A DNA stretch of 64,000 nucleotides from Schmidtea polychroa. Its lineage: Eukaryota. Position numbers and translations under genes: made by a program. Shown piece after piece: positions 11,261 through 22,936 of the stretch (positions are counted from its first letter, which is position 1; each line of letters opens with the position of its first letter). The notes under the pieces are model-generated. The model was not told the DNA's origin and made no database searches. It was given only the letters and a program-made list of their open reading frames with translations. The DNA lies in contig CM097885.1 in assembly GCA_044892525.1 (NCBI GenBank), positions 234,486,001 through 234,550,000 on the forward strand, given 5' to 3'.

Positions 11261-11366
11261 TACAATAGTAATGGAAAATAAATCAATAGTGAAATTTGTA
11301 AGAAAAGTTCTTATAATATTATAAAATAATTCAAAATAAATAATGGTTAACTAAATAAATAATGTG

Positions 11367-12033
11367 TTAACTGAGGATTGACTTTCCAAACTTTTATCAT
11401 CCGATAGAAGAAAAACAGTTTATATTTTTGACTGGCTTTGCAGATCAATTAACTACATTTGTAACATAGCAATTACAGGTGGTGCTTTACTGGGATTAAC
11501 ATTAAAAGGCGACGGTAATATTTCAAAGTATGTGCTTTCATTGGATATTGAATCAAATACTTCTACCGATGTTTTGAAAAAATCCAACATAATCGCCATC
11601 ATTTCTTTGTTTTGATGAGCAAAATTTATTTAGTTCATCAATAAGTCATGCATAATTATTTCTCAATTGATTTTGAAAAGATGTAATTTAAGGATTACAA
11701 CTTTCAGCAATCAGCTTATTTTCTCATGGAGTTTTAAATTCAAATTATTGAGATGGCCAGTCATGTCTACAAGAAAATATAAATCTCAATACTAATTATC
11801 ATCCGATAGATCGAATAAAATTAATGGTTTAATATAAACACACATTAACTGTTCCATTTTTAACACTTGCTTGTACAAACTCTCTTAATGAAATGATGCA
11901 ATGAAATATGTACAACTGATCAATTTATATATTTCACCTTCACATAGTTTTGTATCATTCGCCATACTACGGTCACGATCAGTAGCAATTAAATATGAAG
12001 TTGATAGATCTAAATAATTTTCAACAAAACTAT
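11367..12033 (-). mobile_element. Decayed, internally deleted hAT transposase (Buster/Charlie/SPIN, GTF2IRD2-like)
   Basis: Manual translation gives ordered motifs IATD..SM, H*ESLYKQVLKMEQLM, LSDDN..DLYFLVDMTGHLNNLNLKL, KLHLFK, SPFNVNPSKAP, LQM*LIDLQ with many stops. Confidence 0.85.
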
Positions 12034-12418
12034 TTCAAAACGCATAAAATTATAATATTTTCAATATTTTTAAAATTTTAAAATTTGCATAACATATGCA
12101 TATTATATGACAATACATTATTTGATATGTCATAAAACGGAAATTTGTTTCTTTTTTATTCACTATATAGATTCCAATATTATAACAGAATAAGGATTTT
12201 AATAATTTTTGAAAATATTTAAAAAATAATAATTAAAATGTGCAGAACAAAATACTAAGACTTTATATCATGTTTGAAAAAATCAAACTTTTTATCCATG
12301 TTTAAAAATTTGAAAAATAAAATAATGCAAATTATGATTAATAATATAAAATCAATTATATAATGTAATTATGCATACAAAAAATTGTCCAGTGAAAATA
12401 ACTTAAATAATTTAATGG

Positions 12419-12509
12419 ATTCTGATTGGTTCAGAATGATTTGCAAGTTTCTGTATAAAATAGATGCAAAATAAAAAAATCATTTCTATAAAACGAAATA
12501 AAAGTGAGT
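12419..12509 (+). promoter_or_regulatory. Candidate Pol II core promoter, short first exon and splice donor (also 29094-29184, 54933-55023, 63402-63492)
   Basis: Inverted CCAAT (CTGATTGGTT, 12422), octamer-like ATTTGCAA (12439), TATAAAA (12454), Inr-like TCATTT with A 28 nt after the TATA start, GTGAGT donor (12504). Confidence 0.4.
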
Positions 12510-15500
12510 TAATTTGCTACATACATAATCTTTCATAACTTTATTTTCTATAAATATATGTTTGAAAGGATGTTATCAAGTTAAGTTTTGATACTATCAG
12601 TTTAATTAGGAACCCTTTTAATACAAGTTATACATCACTGAATGTAATATTTAAGGATTACAATTACATATTCATTTAAAATATATATTTCTAATTTAAA
12701 TTAATATTATGAAACTAATTACTAGGAACCAACAACTTTAAAACAAATATTATATAATATACCAGTTGAAAAATTCAAGATATCAATCGAAAAATATTTT
12801 TGAAAATATTTTTGGCAATCAATAATCAAATTCAAATAAATGTAAATGTATCATTTATGAATTGTGTAAAGGATAGTATTTGATAAAGTTAATGAAATGA
12901 ATAAGTGATTAGGATAAAATTCAAAGTTTAAAAAATTAAATCATTCTATTAAATTCATTTTGAAAAATTACTGAATCAAATAATTATTTTAAATTAAAAT
13001 TAATTTTATAAAATCTTAAACTTTCTTTAATTTATGTAATTATGCAAAGATAATTTTTTTTGAACTCTTATCATTATAAATTAAAAGTCGTATATTTGAT
13101 TAATTATTTCATTTTTATTTAATTATTTAATTTGAAGTTTTTTTAAATTTACTGTTTATCTTTAAAAAATTAAATTTTAAATTTTATTATTTTCCATTTT
13201 TTAAATATAAATAAATTAATTTTCAGACAGTGATTTCAAAATGAAGTGCATTCCGTTATATATGCTCTGAAATGTATGAAATTACAAATTAAAAACGAGT
13301 TTTTAAAAGAAAGTTACACATTAAAATTACATGATAATTAATACATTCATTTAAGTTAGATTGATACACACAATCCTCTTAAAAACGTAATCTTCTTAAA
13401 TTACACATTATTTTTTAGGATAATTTTATAAGAAAGTTCAAAAAACAGTGCTATAATTCACGAATTAATTAAGTTTTATAAAATACATTACCTTATTTAA
13501 AATCTATTCCCTTAATTTACTATTTCAATAAATATAACTATAATTTCTCAGTCGATATCTTTTCTTAAAAATAAACTACTTATTTTAAATTATTTCCCTA
13601 ATTTCAAATACTTTTTTTACTTAAATTTGATAAATACACATCTTTTTTAATCAGTCCATACAATTATTTTCCAACATAAAATTCCTGATACTTTATTTAT
13701 CTATAAAAGATTATGCACAAAAATATGTGAAACTATAATGAAACCTATAGAAGTTATCGAGACTAAAATAATAAGGCTTATTATTATTAAAGCTTATTAA
13801 TCCAGAAAATTTACTCACAAAAATATTTAAATTTTTTTCATTCAGAATTTTAAACTTTTTAAAAATTACATAAACATTTTCATTTAAAAATATTTTTTAG
13901 GCTTTTCAATTAAGACATATTACTTAAAATACAGTGATTGAATATTTTTTGAATTATTGTAAACCTAACTTTCGAATAACTTAACTATTAAAAATACAGT
14001 TTTAATATGATATTCGATATTATTATTATTTACAAAATCTTTATAATAATATCAAATACAAAAAAATTCAAAAATTGAATTTTTATTAATATCTTCTAGC
14101 TTTATTAATATATTCTGGTCACCTTTTTACAATTTCAATAATTTCTTTGAATTTTTATTTAAAGCTTGTAGTAGGTAGAGTATTGACTTACTGTAGAGAT
14201 TAAAAAATTTTAAATTACTTTTTTAAAAGTATGATGAAATAAAATTTAGAATTTAAAAATAACAAAAAAGAATTGTAATTCTTTTTACTTTTGTTATCAT
14301 GTTAATAAAAATTATTACGGTTTGTTATTGTTGTTATGTAATTGTTTTGTTTTTTATTGTAATAAAATTATAATAAAGTCATAATATATTACCTACACAA
14401 CATTCGCGCCAGCTGTCCAGAAAACGTTTTAAAGAAGACTCAGATGGCTCAACAGATTTGTTAACTACATTTTTATAATATAACAATTAAGAACCATACA
14501 TACATTTTTATTGATTGTTTTATTAAAATAAAATGTAAATATTTATACTAAATGAATTAGCACCTGCATGTAAAGGAATATTTTTCAATAAAAAGTAATA
14601 AATATTTAGAGGTTTACATCTCGACTCAAAGTCGGTAGAATCATACATTTCCAATTATATTGAATATTTAACTTTTAAATACGCTAAATATATTTTCATT
14701 TGATCAATATTTAAAAACTTAAAACATGAAATTAATTGAGTAAAGAAATCTGTTTACAATTTAAAAATATTGAATATTAAATTAAATAAAATTTTTTAAT
14801 GAGAGAAACATTATATTAAATATATTTTTCAAAAACTTTCAAACTAAAATGCAATTAATAAATTTAACAAGTTTATGTTTTATATTAAATAAATAGTATA
14901 AATAGAACTGCAAAACTCTTTGAAATGAAGAGTAAAATAATATAATATTAATAAAAATTATAAATTATATATATTAAAATTGCTATTAAAAATGTTAAAA
15001 AATGTTATATAACATCAGATATTCAGAAAATTATAATCAGCTATTTTATTGAAACAATAATTTTGAAACATGAAGTCAATTTTATTGAATTAAATTTAAT
15101 TTCATCAAATTTACATATTCAATAATATACTCAGAATTACTAAAATTTAATTTTTGTAAAACTCGTAAACTAAAAAATTGATATTTAAAAAAAATTTAAA
15201 TAAAAATAAAAACAGATATAGAAAATTAGGAATCTCAGATTAAATATTGCTAAAAGTTATAATTTTCCAGTTTATTTAAATATTAATGTAATTGAAATCG
15301 TTTGATTATACTTAAATAAAATTTGTTGATACTTACCGAGTCTCATGTAAAAATTGTAATGTGACAATATGGAATTCATCGTAAATGTATTATATATGAG
15401 AAATGTGTTTATACAAGTCTCGATAAATATAAAAATTCTATAGAAATTCTACAAAACTTACAGTATTTTTATCATTAACCTGTATTAAAAAAGATATGAA

Positions 15501-16339
15501 ACTTCATTAATAATTAATCCGTAAAGATAATTTAATAAGATAATTTTGTGGCCAATAGTAGCCTCAATAGTTCTTGAATGATGATTTTAACGGTAGTTAC
15601 TAATGACTGTGTACCATTTGTAGATTAAAACAATTACCAAATAGATCATGTATATGTTGTGAATAATATAATCAAATGATAGAATCTTGAAATTATGTCT
15701 CTAGAATTTGGTTATTTATTGTTTTCGATATATTTTTATTTCAATTTTTAATCATTTTTTGAAACTTATATCCCTACATTTGATTTCTGAAATCTTCAAA
15801 ATAGTGAATTGATACATTTTTAACAATTTCTTAAAAGGTCAAATTATTTCTGTTTTTACGTGGATTGAATGTGATAGTCAAGGAAGGAAAAATAATTGTA
15901 ATAATATAAAATTTAAATAATTCAAACATATTTACAAAAAAGATGTCACCAGAATAGATGATTTTATTTTAAATAAAAACTTTTCTTTTAATTATTAAAA
16001 TAAAATCTGAACAATTGTAATATGTGATAACTAATATAAAAAATTCTAATTTAATAAATTCTAAATTTATAAATTTAAATAAAATAATTTAAAATTTTAC
16101 CAAATGAAAAATAAATTAAATTTAAAAATATATAATAAAAATCTAAATTAAAAAAATCTTTAAATAAAGTTTTAAAAAAATATTTGTTTAAATAATAAAC
16201 TAAAAGGTTGTATATAATTATTTTCAATTTGAAATGAACAATTGAATTGAAAATTAATGAATTTTTTCCTATTTTTTCATAAAAGCACTATGTTTATATC
16301 AAGAGAAAAAAATAATATATTTAAAACCAAATCGATTCT

Positions 16340-17155
16340 CGTTCGTCATCATCCACTTCATTTCTCCTCATGGTCGTGATAAAGATGTCATCTTCATATT
16401 TTGACTAAGAATCTATGATATATTAAATTAATCCTTGTTACTTGAGAATGAAACAAATAATTTCTTTTTTAGCCATTTTAATATGGCTGTTTTTTTTGTT
16501 CAATATTTTTAGTAATAAGTTCCTTTCTTTTTTTTCAATTATTGTAAGAAAATCCTTTAAGGATAGTAGCTGATAGATAGTTTAATTCATATGATGCGGT
16601 ATGTAAACGCTACTCATACATTCGTTTTACAATATATTTCGACAGTTTTTCTATCATCCTCAGGAAAAATAGAAAAACTAAATAATTTAAGATTTTTGAA
16701 CAATCACAGGGATATCACAGAGATATCACAGAGATATCACAGAGATTAATGGATTGTGCGAGCAAAGCGTTCTTAGTGATTTCTGAAATTTTATCTTCGG
16801 TGTGCATCATGTTGTTCGTCATTATCCGCTTCTTTTCTGCTCTTGGTCGTGATAAAGATATCATCTACATATTTTTCGTAGGAATCTATGATATATTAAT
16901 TATTCCTTGTTACTTGAAAATGATACAAGTGTTTTCTTTTTTAGCCATTTTAATATGGCTGTTTTTCTGTTCAATATGTTTAAATAATAAGTTCCTTTCT
17001 TTTTTCTTAATCATTTTGTGGCAACTCTTTATGGAGATTAGCTGATAGATATTTTAATTCCTTTTAATGTGGTATAAAAACGCTACTCAAACATTTGTTT
17101 TACAATATATTTCGACAGTTTTTCTATCATCATCAGATAAAATAGAAAAACTAAA
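16340..17155. repeat. Old diverged direct duplication (16340-16682 vs 16814-17155)
   Basis: Shared GTTCGTCAT..TGGTCGTGATAAAGAT..GAATCTATGATATATTAA..TAGCCATTTTAATATGGCTG..TAGCTGATAGAT. Confidence 0.9.
16703..16746. repeat. 11-bp minisatellite (ATCACAGAGAT) x4
   Basis: Read directly; first unit ATCACAGGGAT. Confidence 0.95.
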
Positions 17156-17310
17156 TGAATTTACTAAGTTTCATTTTAAAAAAAATGAAAGAATTATCTT
17201 TTCTTCGACACAAATTTTAATAAAACAAATATCTAATTCCTTTCTTTAAAGTTCAAAATATGTCGTCATGAGTCTTTTGAATATTGTTTCTTGTTTCGAA
17301 TAATATTGTA

Positions 17311-17718
17311 TTATCTAAATATAAACCAATTTTGTTCGAGCTTATTTTTCAAAACATCATCCCAAGTTATTTGCTCGATCAACAATCTTATCATTCGAGT
17401 TATTTGTAATAAACCACCGATATCTTCTAGATTTAAAATATTATCAACAATAAATTGTATATTTCCCAAATATACTAAATATTGGTTATTATAATTCAAC
17501 AAACATATTTCCATTAACTCGTATTCAAAACCTAAATAAATCGCTAATTTTTTTCTTGTTTCTATTATTATTTTATCATCTAAAAATAAGTCAATTTTGT
17601 CGAATAGTCGTGTCAATTGATTTGATATTAAATTTTGATGTACTAATGTAATATTAGTTAACATGTTTTGTTCAAATCTTATATAGTCAATTTCTAATGG
17701 ATCTAATATCGTATCATC
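17311..17718 (-). pseudogene. Probable frameshifted 3' half of the RING gene (contains the 117-aa ORF 17311-17664)
   Basis: Frame stays open 18 codons upstream of its ATG (DDTILDPLEIDYIRFEQN) and overlaps the RING ORF end by 16 nt. Confidence 0.65.
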
Positions 17719-18356
17719 TCAAATTCTTGGAATGGAATATCAACACCATCTTCAGTCACAGTTAAATCTCGTAAAAATACATCGGAAATAAAAGATGTAT
17801 ACAGAGCTTTTTTGCGGATATTGGTCATAAAATTATCTTTAAATTTATCTTCAATAAAAGAACCAATTATCCTTTCAATAATTTCTTCATTTTTTTCATT
17901 AATTATCAATTTTCTAATTAAATGGTATATTTTTGTTAAATAATCTGATGCTGAATCGGTATTTTCAACGAGTATTTTAATTCCGAAAAAACTAGTATTC
18001 AAATAATCATTGAGCACAATTATATATTTTTTAAAATTTGCAAAAGGAGAATTTCGATTACGTGCTTTGATACTATTTAATATATATTCCAAATCCACAG
18101 GTGTTTTTCTTATATATTTTATCAGTTTGCGGTTGATATTTCTAATACAGGATCTAAAACGAAGTTTATAAAATTCTTGTTTCAGATTAAATAATCTCAT
18201 ATAATCTATAAATAAATCCAATTCAAGTCTGTCAAGCGGGCAATGAGTATAATCATTTAACCAATGTAAGAAACAATTAGTACAAAACGAATGGTTACAG
18301 CCAGTAGTTATAAACAATTCAATAGCTAATTCATCGTAGCAAACAGTACATTCCAT
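17703..18356 (-). CDS. RING-finger protein (217 aa)
   Basis: RING motif; ORF track. Confidence 0.7.
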   Translation of the reverse strand: MECTVCYDELAIELFITTGCNHSFCTNCFLHWLNDYTHCPLDRLELDLFIDYMRLFNLKQEFYKLRFRSCIRNINRKLIKYIRKTPVDLEYILNSIKARNRNSPFANFKKYIIVLNDYLNTSFFGIKILVENTDSASDYLTKIYHLIRKLIINEKNEEIIERIIGSFIEDKFKDNFMTNIRKKALYTSFISDVFLRDLTVTEDGVDIPFQEFEMIRY

Positions 18357-18726
18357 TTTTATTTTTTCGATAATTTTCAATACTTATCAATTTTCTAACA
18401 AAATGGTATATTCTTGATAAATAATCATTTGCTGAATCCGTATTTTCTACGAGGAGTTTAATTTCAAAATACTAATCATTCAAATAATAATTGCGCTCAA
18501 TTATATACAATTTTGTCGAATAGTCGTGTCAATTGATTTGATAATAAATTTTGATGTACTAATGTAATATTAGTTAACATGTTTTGTTCAAATCTTATAT
18601 AGTCAATTTCTAATGGATCTAATATCGTATCATCTCAAATTCTTGGAATGGAATATCAACACCATCTTCAGTCACAGTTAAATCTCGTAAAAATACATCG
18701 GAAATAAAAGATGTATACAGAGCTTT

Positions 18727-19272
18727 TTAGCGGATATTGGTCATAAAATTATCTTTAAATTTATCTTCAATAAAAGAACCAATTATCCTTTCAATAATTT
18801 CTTCATTTTTTTCATTAATTATCAATTTTCTAATTAAATGGTATATTTTTGTTAAATAATCTGATGCTGAATCGGTATTTTCAACGAGTATTTTAATTCC
18901 GAAAAAACTAGTATTCAAATAATCATTGAGCACAATTATATATTTTTTAAAATTTGCAAAAGGAGAATTTCGATTACGTGCTTTGATACTATTTAATATA
19001 TATTCCAAATCCACAGGTGTTTTTCTTATATATTTTATCAGTTTGCGGTTGATATTTCTAATACAGGATCTAAAACGAAGTTTATAAAATTCTTGTTTCA
19101 GATTAAATAATCTCATATAATCTATAAATAAATCCAATTCAAGTCTGTCAAGCGGGCAATGAGTATAATCATTTAACCAATGTAAGAAACAATTAGTACA
19201 AAACGAATGGTTACAGCCAGTAGTTATAAACAATTCAATAGCTAATTCATCGTAGCAAACAGTACATTCCAT
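18727..19272 (-). CDS. RING-finger protein, K190* variant
   Basis: RING motif; ORF track. Confidence 0.6.
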   Translation of the reverse strand: MECTVCYDELAIELFITTGCNHSFCTNCFLHWLNDYTHCPLDRLELDLFIDYMRLFNLKQEFYKLRFRSCIRNINRKLIKYIRKTPVDLEYILNSIKARNRNSPFANFKKYIIVLNDYLNTSFFGIKILVENTDSASDYLTKIYHLIRKLIINEKNEEIIERIIGSFIEDKFKDNFMTNIR

Positions 19273-19642
19273 TTTTATTTTTTCGATAATTTTCAATACT
19301 TATCAATTTTCTAACAAAATGGTATATTCTTGATAAATAATCATTTGCTGAATCCGTATTTTCTACGAGGAGTTTAATTTCAAAATACTAATCATTCAAA
19401 TAATAATTGCGCTCAATTATATACAATTTTGTCGAATAGTCGTGTCAATTGATTTGATAATAAATTTTGATGTACTAATGTAATATTAGTTAACATGTTT
19501 TGTTCAAATCTTATATAGTCAATTTCTAATGGATCTAATATCGTATCATCTCAAATTCTTGGAATGGAATATCAACACCATCTTCAGTCACAGTTAAATC
19601 TCGTAAAAATACATCGGAAATAAAAGATGTATACAGAGCTTT

Positions 19643-20188
19643 TTAGCGGATATTGGTCATAAAATTATCTTTAAATTTATCTTCAATAAAAGAACCAATT
19701 ATCCTTTCAATAATTTCTTCATTTTTTTCATTAATTATCAATTTTCTAATTAAATGGTATATTTTTGTTAAATAATCTGATGCTGAATCGGTATTTTCAA
19801 CGAGTATTTTAATTCCGAAAAAATTAGTATTCAAATAATCATTGAGCACAATTATATATTTTTTAAAATTTGCAAAAGGAGAATTTCGATTACGTGCTTT
19901 GATACTATTTAATATATATTCCAAATCCACAGGTGTTTTTCTTATATATTTTATCAGTTTGCGGTTGATATTTCTAATACAGGATCTAAAACGAAGTTTA
20001 TAAAATTCTTGTTTCAGATTAAATAATCTCATATAATCTATAAATAAATCCAATTCAAGTCTGTCAAGCGGGCAATGAGTATAATCATTTAACCAATGTA
20101 AGAAACAATTAGTACAAAACGAATGGTTACAGCCAGTAGTTATAAACAATTCAATAGCTAATTCATCGTAGCAAACAGTACATTCCAT
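19643..20188 (-). CDS. RING-finger protein, K190* variant with S130N
   Basis: RING motif; ORF track. Confidence 0.6.
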   Translation of the reverse strand: MECTVCYDELAIELFITTGCNHSFCTNCFLHWLNDYTHCPLDRLELDLFIDYMRLFNLKQEFYKLRFRSCIRNINRKLIKYIRKTPVDLEYILNSIKARNRNSPFANFKKYIIVLNDYLNTNFFGIKILVENTDSASDYLTKIYHLIRKLIINEKNEEIIERIIGSFIEDKFKDNFMTNIR

Positions 20189-20558
20189 TTTTATTTTTTC
20201 GATAATTTTCAATACTTATCAATTTTCTAACAAAATGGTATATTCTTGATAAATAATCATTTGCTGAATCCGTATTTTCTACGAGGAGTTTAATTTCAAA
20301 ATACTAATCATTCAAATAATAATTGCGCTCAATTATATACAATTTTGTCGAATAGTCGTGTCAATTGATTTGATAATAAATTTTGATGTACTAATGTAAT
20401 ATTAGTTAACATGTTTTGTTCAAATCTTATATAGTCAATTTCTAATGGATCTAATATCGTATCATCTCAAATTCTTGGAATGGAATATCAACACCATCTT
20501 CAGTCACAGTTAAATCTCGTAAAAATACATCGGAAATAAAAGATGTATACAGAGCTTT

Positions 20559-21104
20559 TTAGCGGATATTGGTCATAAAATTATCTTTAAATTTATCTTC
20601 AATAAAAGAACCAATTATCCTTTCAATAATTTCTTCATTTTTTTCATTAATTATCAATTTTCTAATTAAATGGTATATTTTTGTTAAATAATCTGATGCT
20701 GAATCGGTATTTTCAACGAGTATTTTAATTCCGAAAAAACTAGTATTCAAATAATCATTGAGCACAATTATATATTTTTTAAAATTTGCAAAAGGAGAAT
20801 TTCGATTACGTGCTTTGATACTATTTAATATATATTCCAAATCCACAGGTGTTTTTCTTATATATTTTATCAGTTTGCGGTTGATATTTCTAATACAGGA
20901 TCTAAAACGAAGTTTATAAAATTCTTGTTTCAGATTAAATAATCTCATATAATCTATAAATAAATCCAATTCAAGTCTGTCAAGCGGGCAATGAGTATAA
21001 TCATTTAACCAATGTAAGAAACAATTAGTACAAAACGAATGGTTACAGCCAGTAGTTATAAACAATTCAATAGCTAATTCATCGTAGCAAACAGTACATT
21101 CCAT
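20559..21104 (-). CDS. RING-finger protein, K190* variant
   Basis: RING motif; ORF track. Confidence 0.6.
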   Translation of the reverse strand: MECTVCYDELAIELFITTGCNHSFCTNCFLHWLNDYTHCPLDRLELDLFIDYMRLFNLKQEFYKLRFRSCIRNINRKLIKYIRKTPVDLEYILNSIKARNRNSPFANFKKYIIVLNDYLNTSFFGIKILVENTDSASDYLTKIYHLIRKLIINEKNEEIIERIIGSFIEDKFKDNFMTNIR

Positions 21105-21474
21105 TTTTATTTTTTCGATAATTTTCAATACTTATCAATTTTCTAACAAAATGGTATATTCTTGATAAATAATCATTTGCTGAATCCGTATTTTCTACGA
21201 GGAGTTTAATTTCAAAATACTAATCATTCAAATAATAATTGCGCTCAATTATATACAATTTTGTCGAATAGTCGTGTCAATTGATTTGATAATAAATTTT
21301 GATGTACTAATGTAATATTAGTTAACATGTTTTGTTCAAATCTTATATAGTCAATTTCTAATGGATCTAATATCGTATCATCTCAAATTCTTGGAATGGA
21401 ATATCAACACCATCTTCAGTCACAGTTAAATCTCGTAAAAATACATCGGAAATAAAAGATGTATACAGAGCTTT

Positions 21475-22020
21475 TTAGCGGATATTGGTCATAAAATTAT
21501 CTTTAAATTTATCTTCAATAAAAGAACCAATTATCCTTTCAATAATTTCTTCATTTTTTTCATTAATTATCAATTTTCTAATTAAATGGTATATTTTTGT
21601 TAAATAATCTGATGCTGAATCGGTATTTTCAACGAGTATTTTAATTCCGAAAAAACTAGTATTCAAATAATCATTGAGCACAATTATATATTTTTTAAAA
21701 TTTGCAAAAGGAGAATTTCGATTACGTGCTTTGATACTATTTAATATATATTCCAAATCCACAGGTGTTTTTCTTATATATTTTATCAGTTTGCGGTTGA
21801 TATTTCTAATACAGGATCTAAAACGAAGTTTATAAAATTCTTGTTTCAGATTAAATAATCTCATATAATCTATAAATAAATCCAATTCAAGTCTGTCAAG
21901 CGGGCAATGAGTATAATCATTTAACCAATGTAAGAAACAATTAGTACAAAACGAATGGTTACAGCCAGTAGTTATAAACAATTCAATAGCTAATTCATCG
22001 TAGCAAACAGTACATTCCAT
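21475..22020 (-). CDS. RING-finger protein, K190* variant
   Basis: RING motif; ORF track. Confidence 0.6.
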   Translation of the reverse strand: MECTVCYDELAIELFITTGCNHSFCTNCFLHWLNDYTHCPLDRLELDLFIDYMRLFNLKQEFYKLRFRSCIRNINRKLIKYIRKTPVDLEYILNSIKARNRNSPFANFKKYIIVLNDYLNTSFFGIKILVENTDSASDYLTKIYHLIRKLIINEKNEEIIERIIGSFIEDKFKDNFMTNIR

Positions 22021-22390
22021 TTTTATTTTTTCGATAATTTTCAATACTTATCAATTTTCTAACAAAATGGTATATTCTTGATAAATAATCATTTGCTGAA
22101 TCCGTATTTTCTACGAGGAGTTTAATTTCAAAATACTAATCATTCAAATAATAATTGCGCTCAATTATATACAATTTTGTCGAATAGTCGTGTCAATTGA
22201 TTTGATAATAAATTTTGATGTACTAATGTAATATTAGTTAACATGTTTTGTTCAAATCTTATATAGTCAATTTCTAATGGATCTAATATCGTATCATCTC
22301 AAATTCTTGGAATGGAATATCAACACCATCTTCAGTCACAGTTAAATCTCGTAAAAATACATCGGAAATAAAAGATGTATACAGAGCTTT

Positions 22391-22936
22391 TTAGCGGATA
22401 TTGGTCATAAAATTATCTTTAAATTTATCTTCAATAAAAGAACCAATTATCCTTTCAATAATTTCTTCATTTTTTTCATTAATTATCAATTTTCTAATTA
22501 AATGGTATATTTTTGTTAAATAATCTGATGCTGAATCGGTATTTTCAACGAGTATTTTAATTCCGAAAAAACTAGTATTCAAATAATCATTGAGCACAAT
22601 TATATATTTTTTAAAATTTGCAAAAGGAGAATTTCGATTACGTGCTTTGATACTATTTAATATATATTCCAAATCCACAGGTGTTTTTCTTATATATTTT
22701 ATCAGTTTGCAGTTGATATTTCTAATACAGGATCTAAAACGAAGTTTATAAAATTCTTGTTTCAGATTAAATAATCTCATATAATCTATAAATAAATCCA
22801 ATTCAAGTCTGTCAAGCGGGCAATGAGTATAATCATTTAACCAATGTAAGAAACAATTAGTACAAAACGAATGGTTACAGCCAGTAGTTATAAACAATTC
22901 AATAGCTAATTCATCGTAGCAAACAGTACATTCCAT
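22391..22936 (-). CDS. RING-finger protein, K190* variant with R84C
   Basis: RING motif; ORF track. Confidence 0.6.
   Translation of the reverse strand: MECTVCYDELAIELFITTGCNHSFCTNCFLHWLNDYTHCPLDRLELDLFIDYMRLFNLKQEFYKLRFRSCIRNINCKLIKYIRKTPVDLEYILNSIKARNRNSPFANFKKYIIVLNDYLNTSFFGIKILVENTDSASDYLTKIYHLIRKLIINEKNEEIIERIIGSFIEDKFKDNFMTNIR

Larger units (their letters stand above)
10073..17591. repeat. 7,519-bp spacer of the macro-repeat, copy 1
   Basis: Near-identical to 26748-34266 (offset 16,675). Confidence 0.97.

Noticed and set aside
11382..11615. Stop-free plus-strand frame (LSKLLSSDRRK...IISLF)
   Set aside because: Antisense of the hAT transposase remnant
16703..16746. CRISPR-like array
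   Set aside because: Contiguous 11-bp units with no unique spacers and no cas genes
16840..16880. KYVDDIFIT, resembling a reverse-transcriptase YxDD motif
   Set aside because: No other RT motifs; the duplicate reads YEDD; it aligns better to the RING protein C-terminus
16749..17494. Plus-strand ORFs of 98, 60 and 67 aa (and copies at 33424-34169, 59296-60042)
   Set aside because: Antisense shadows of minus-strand coding remnants; the hydrophobic look comes from T-richness, and the frame is not kept in the diverged duplicate
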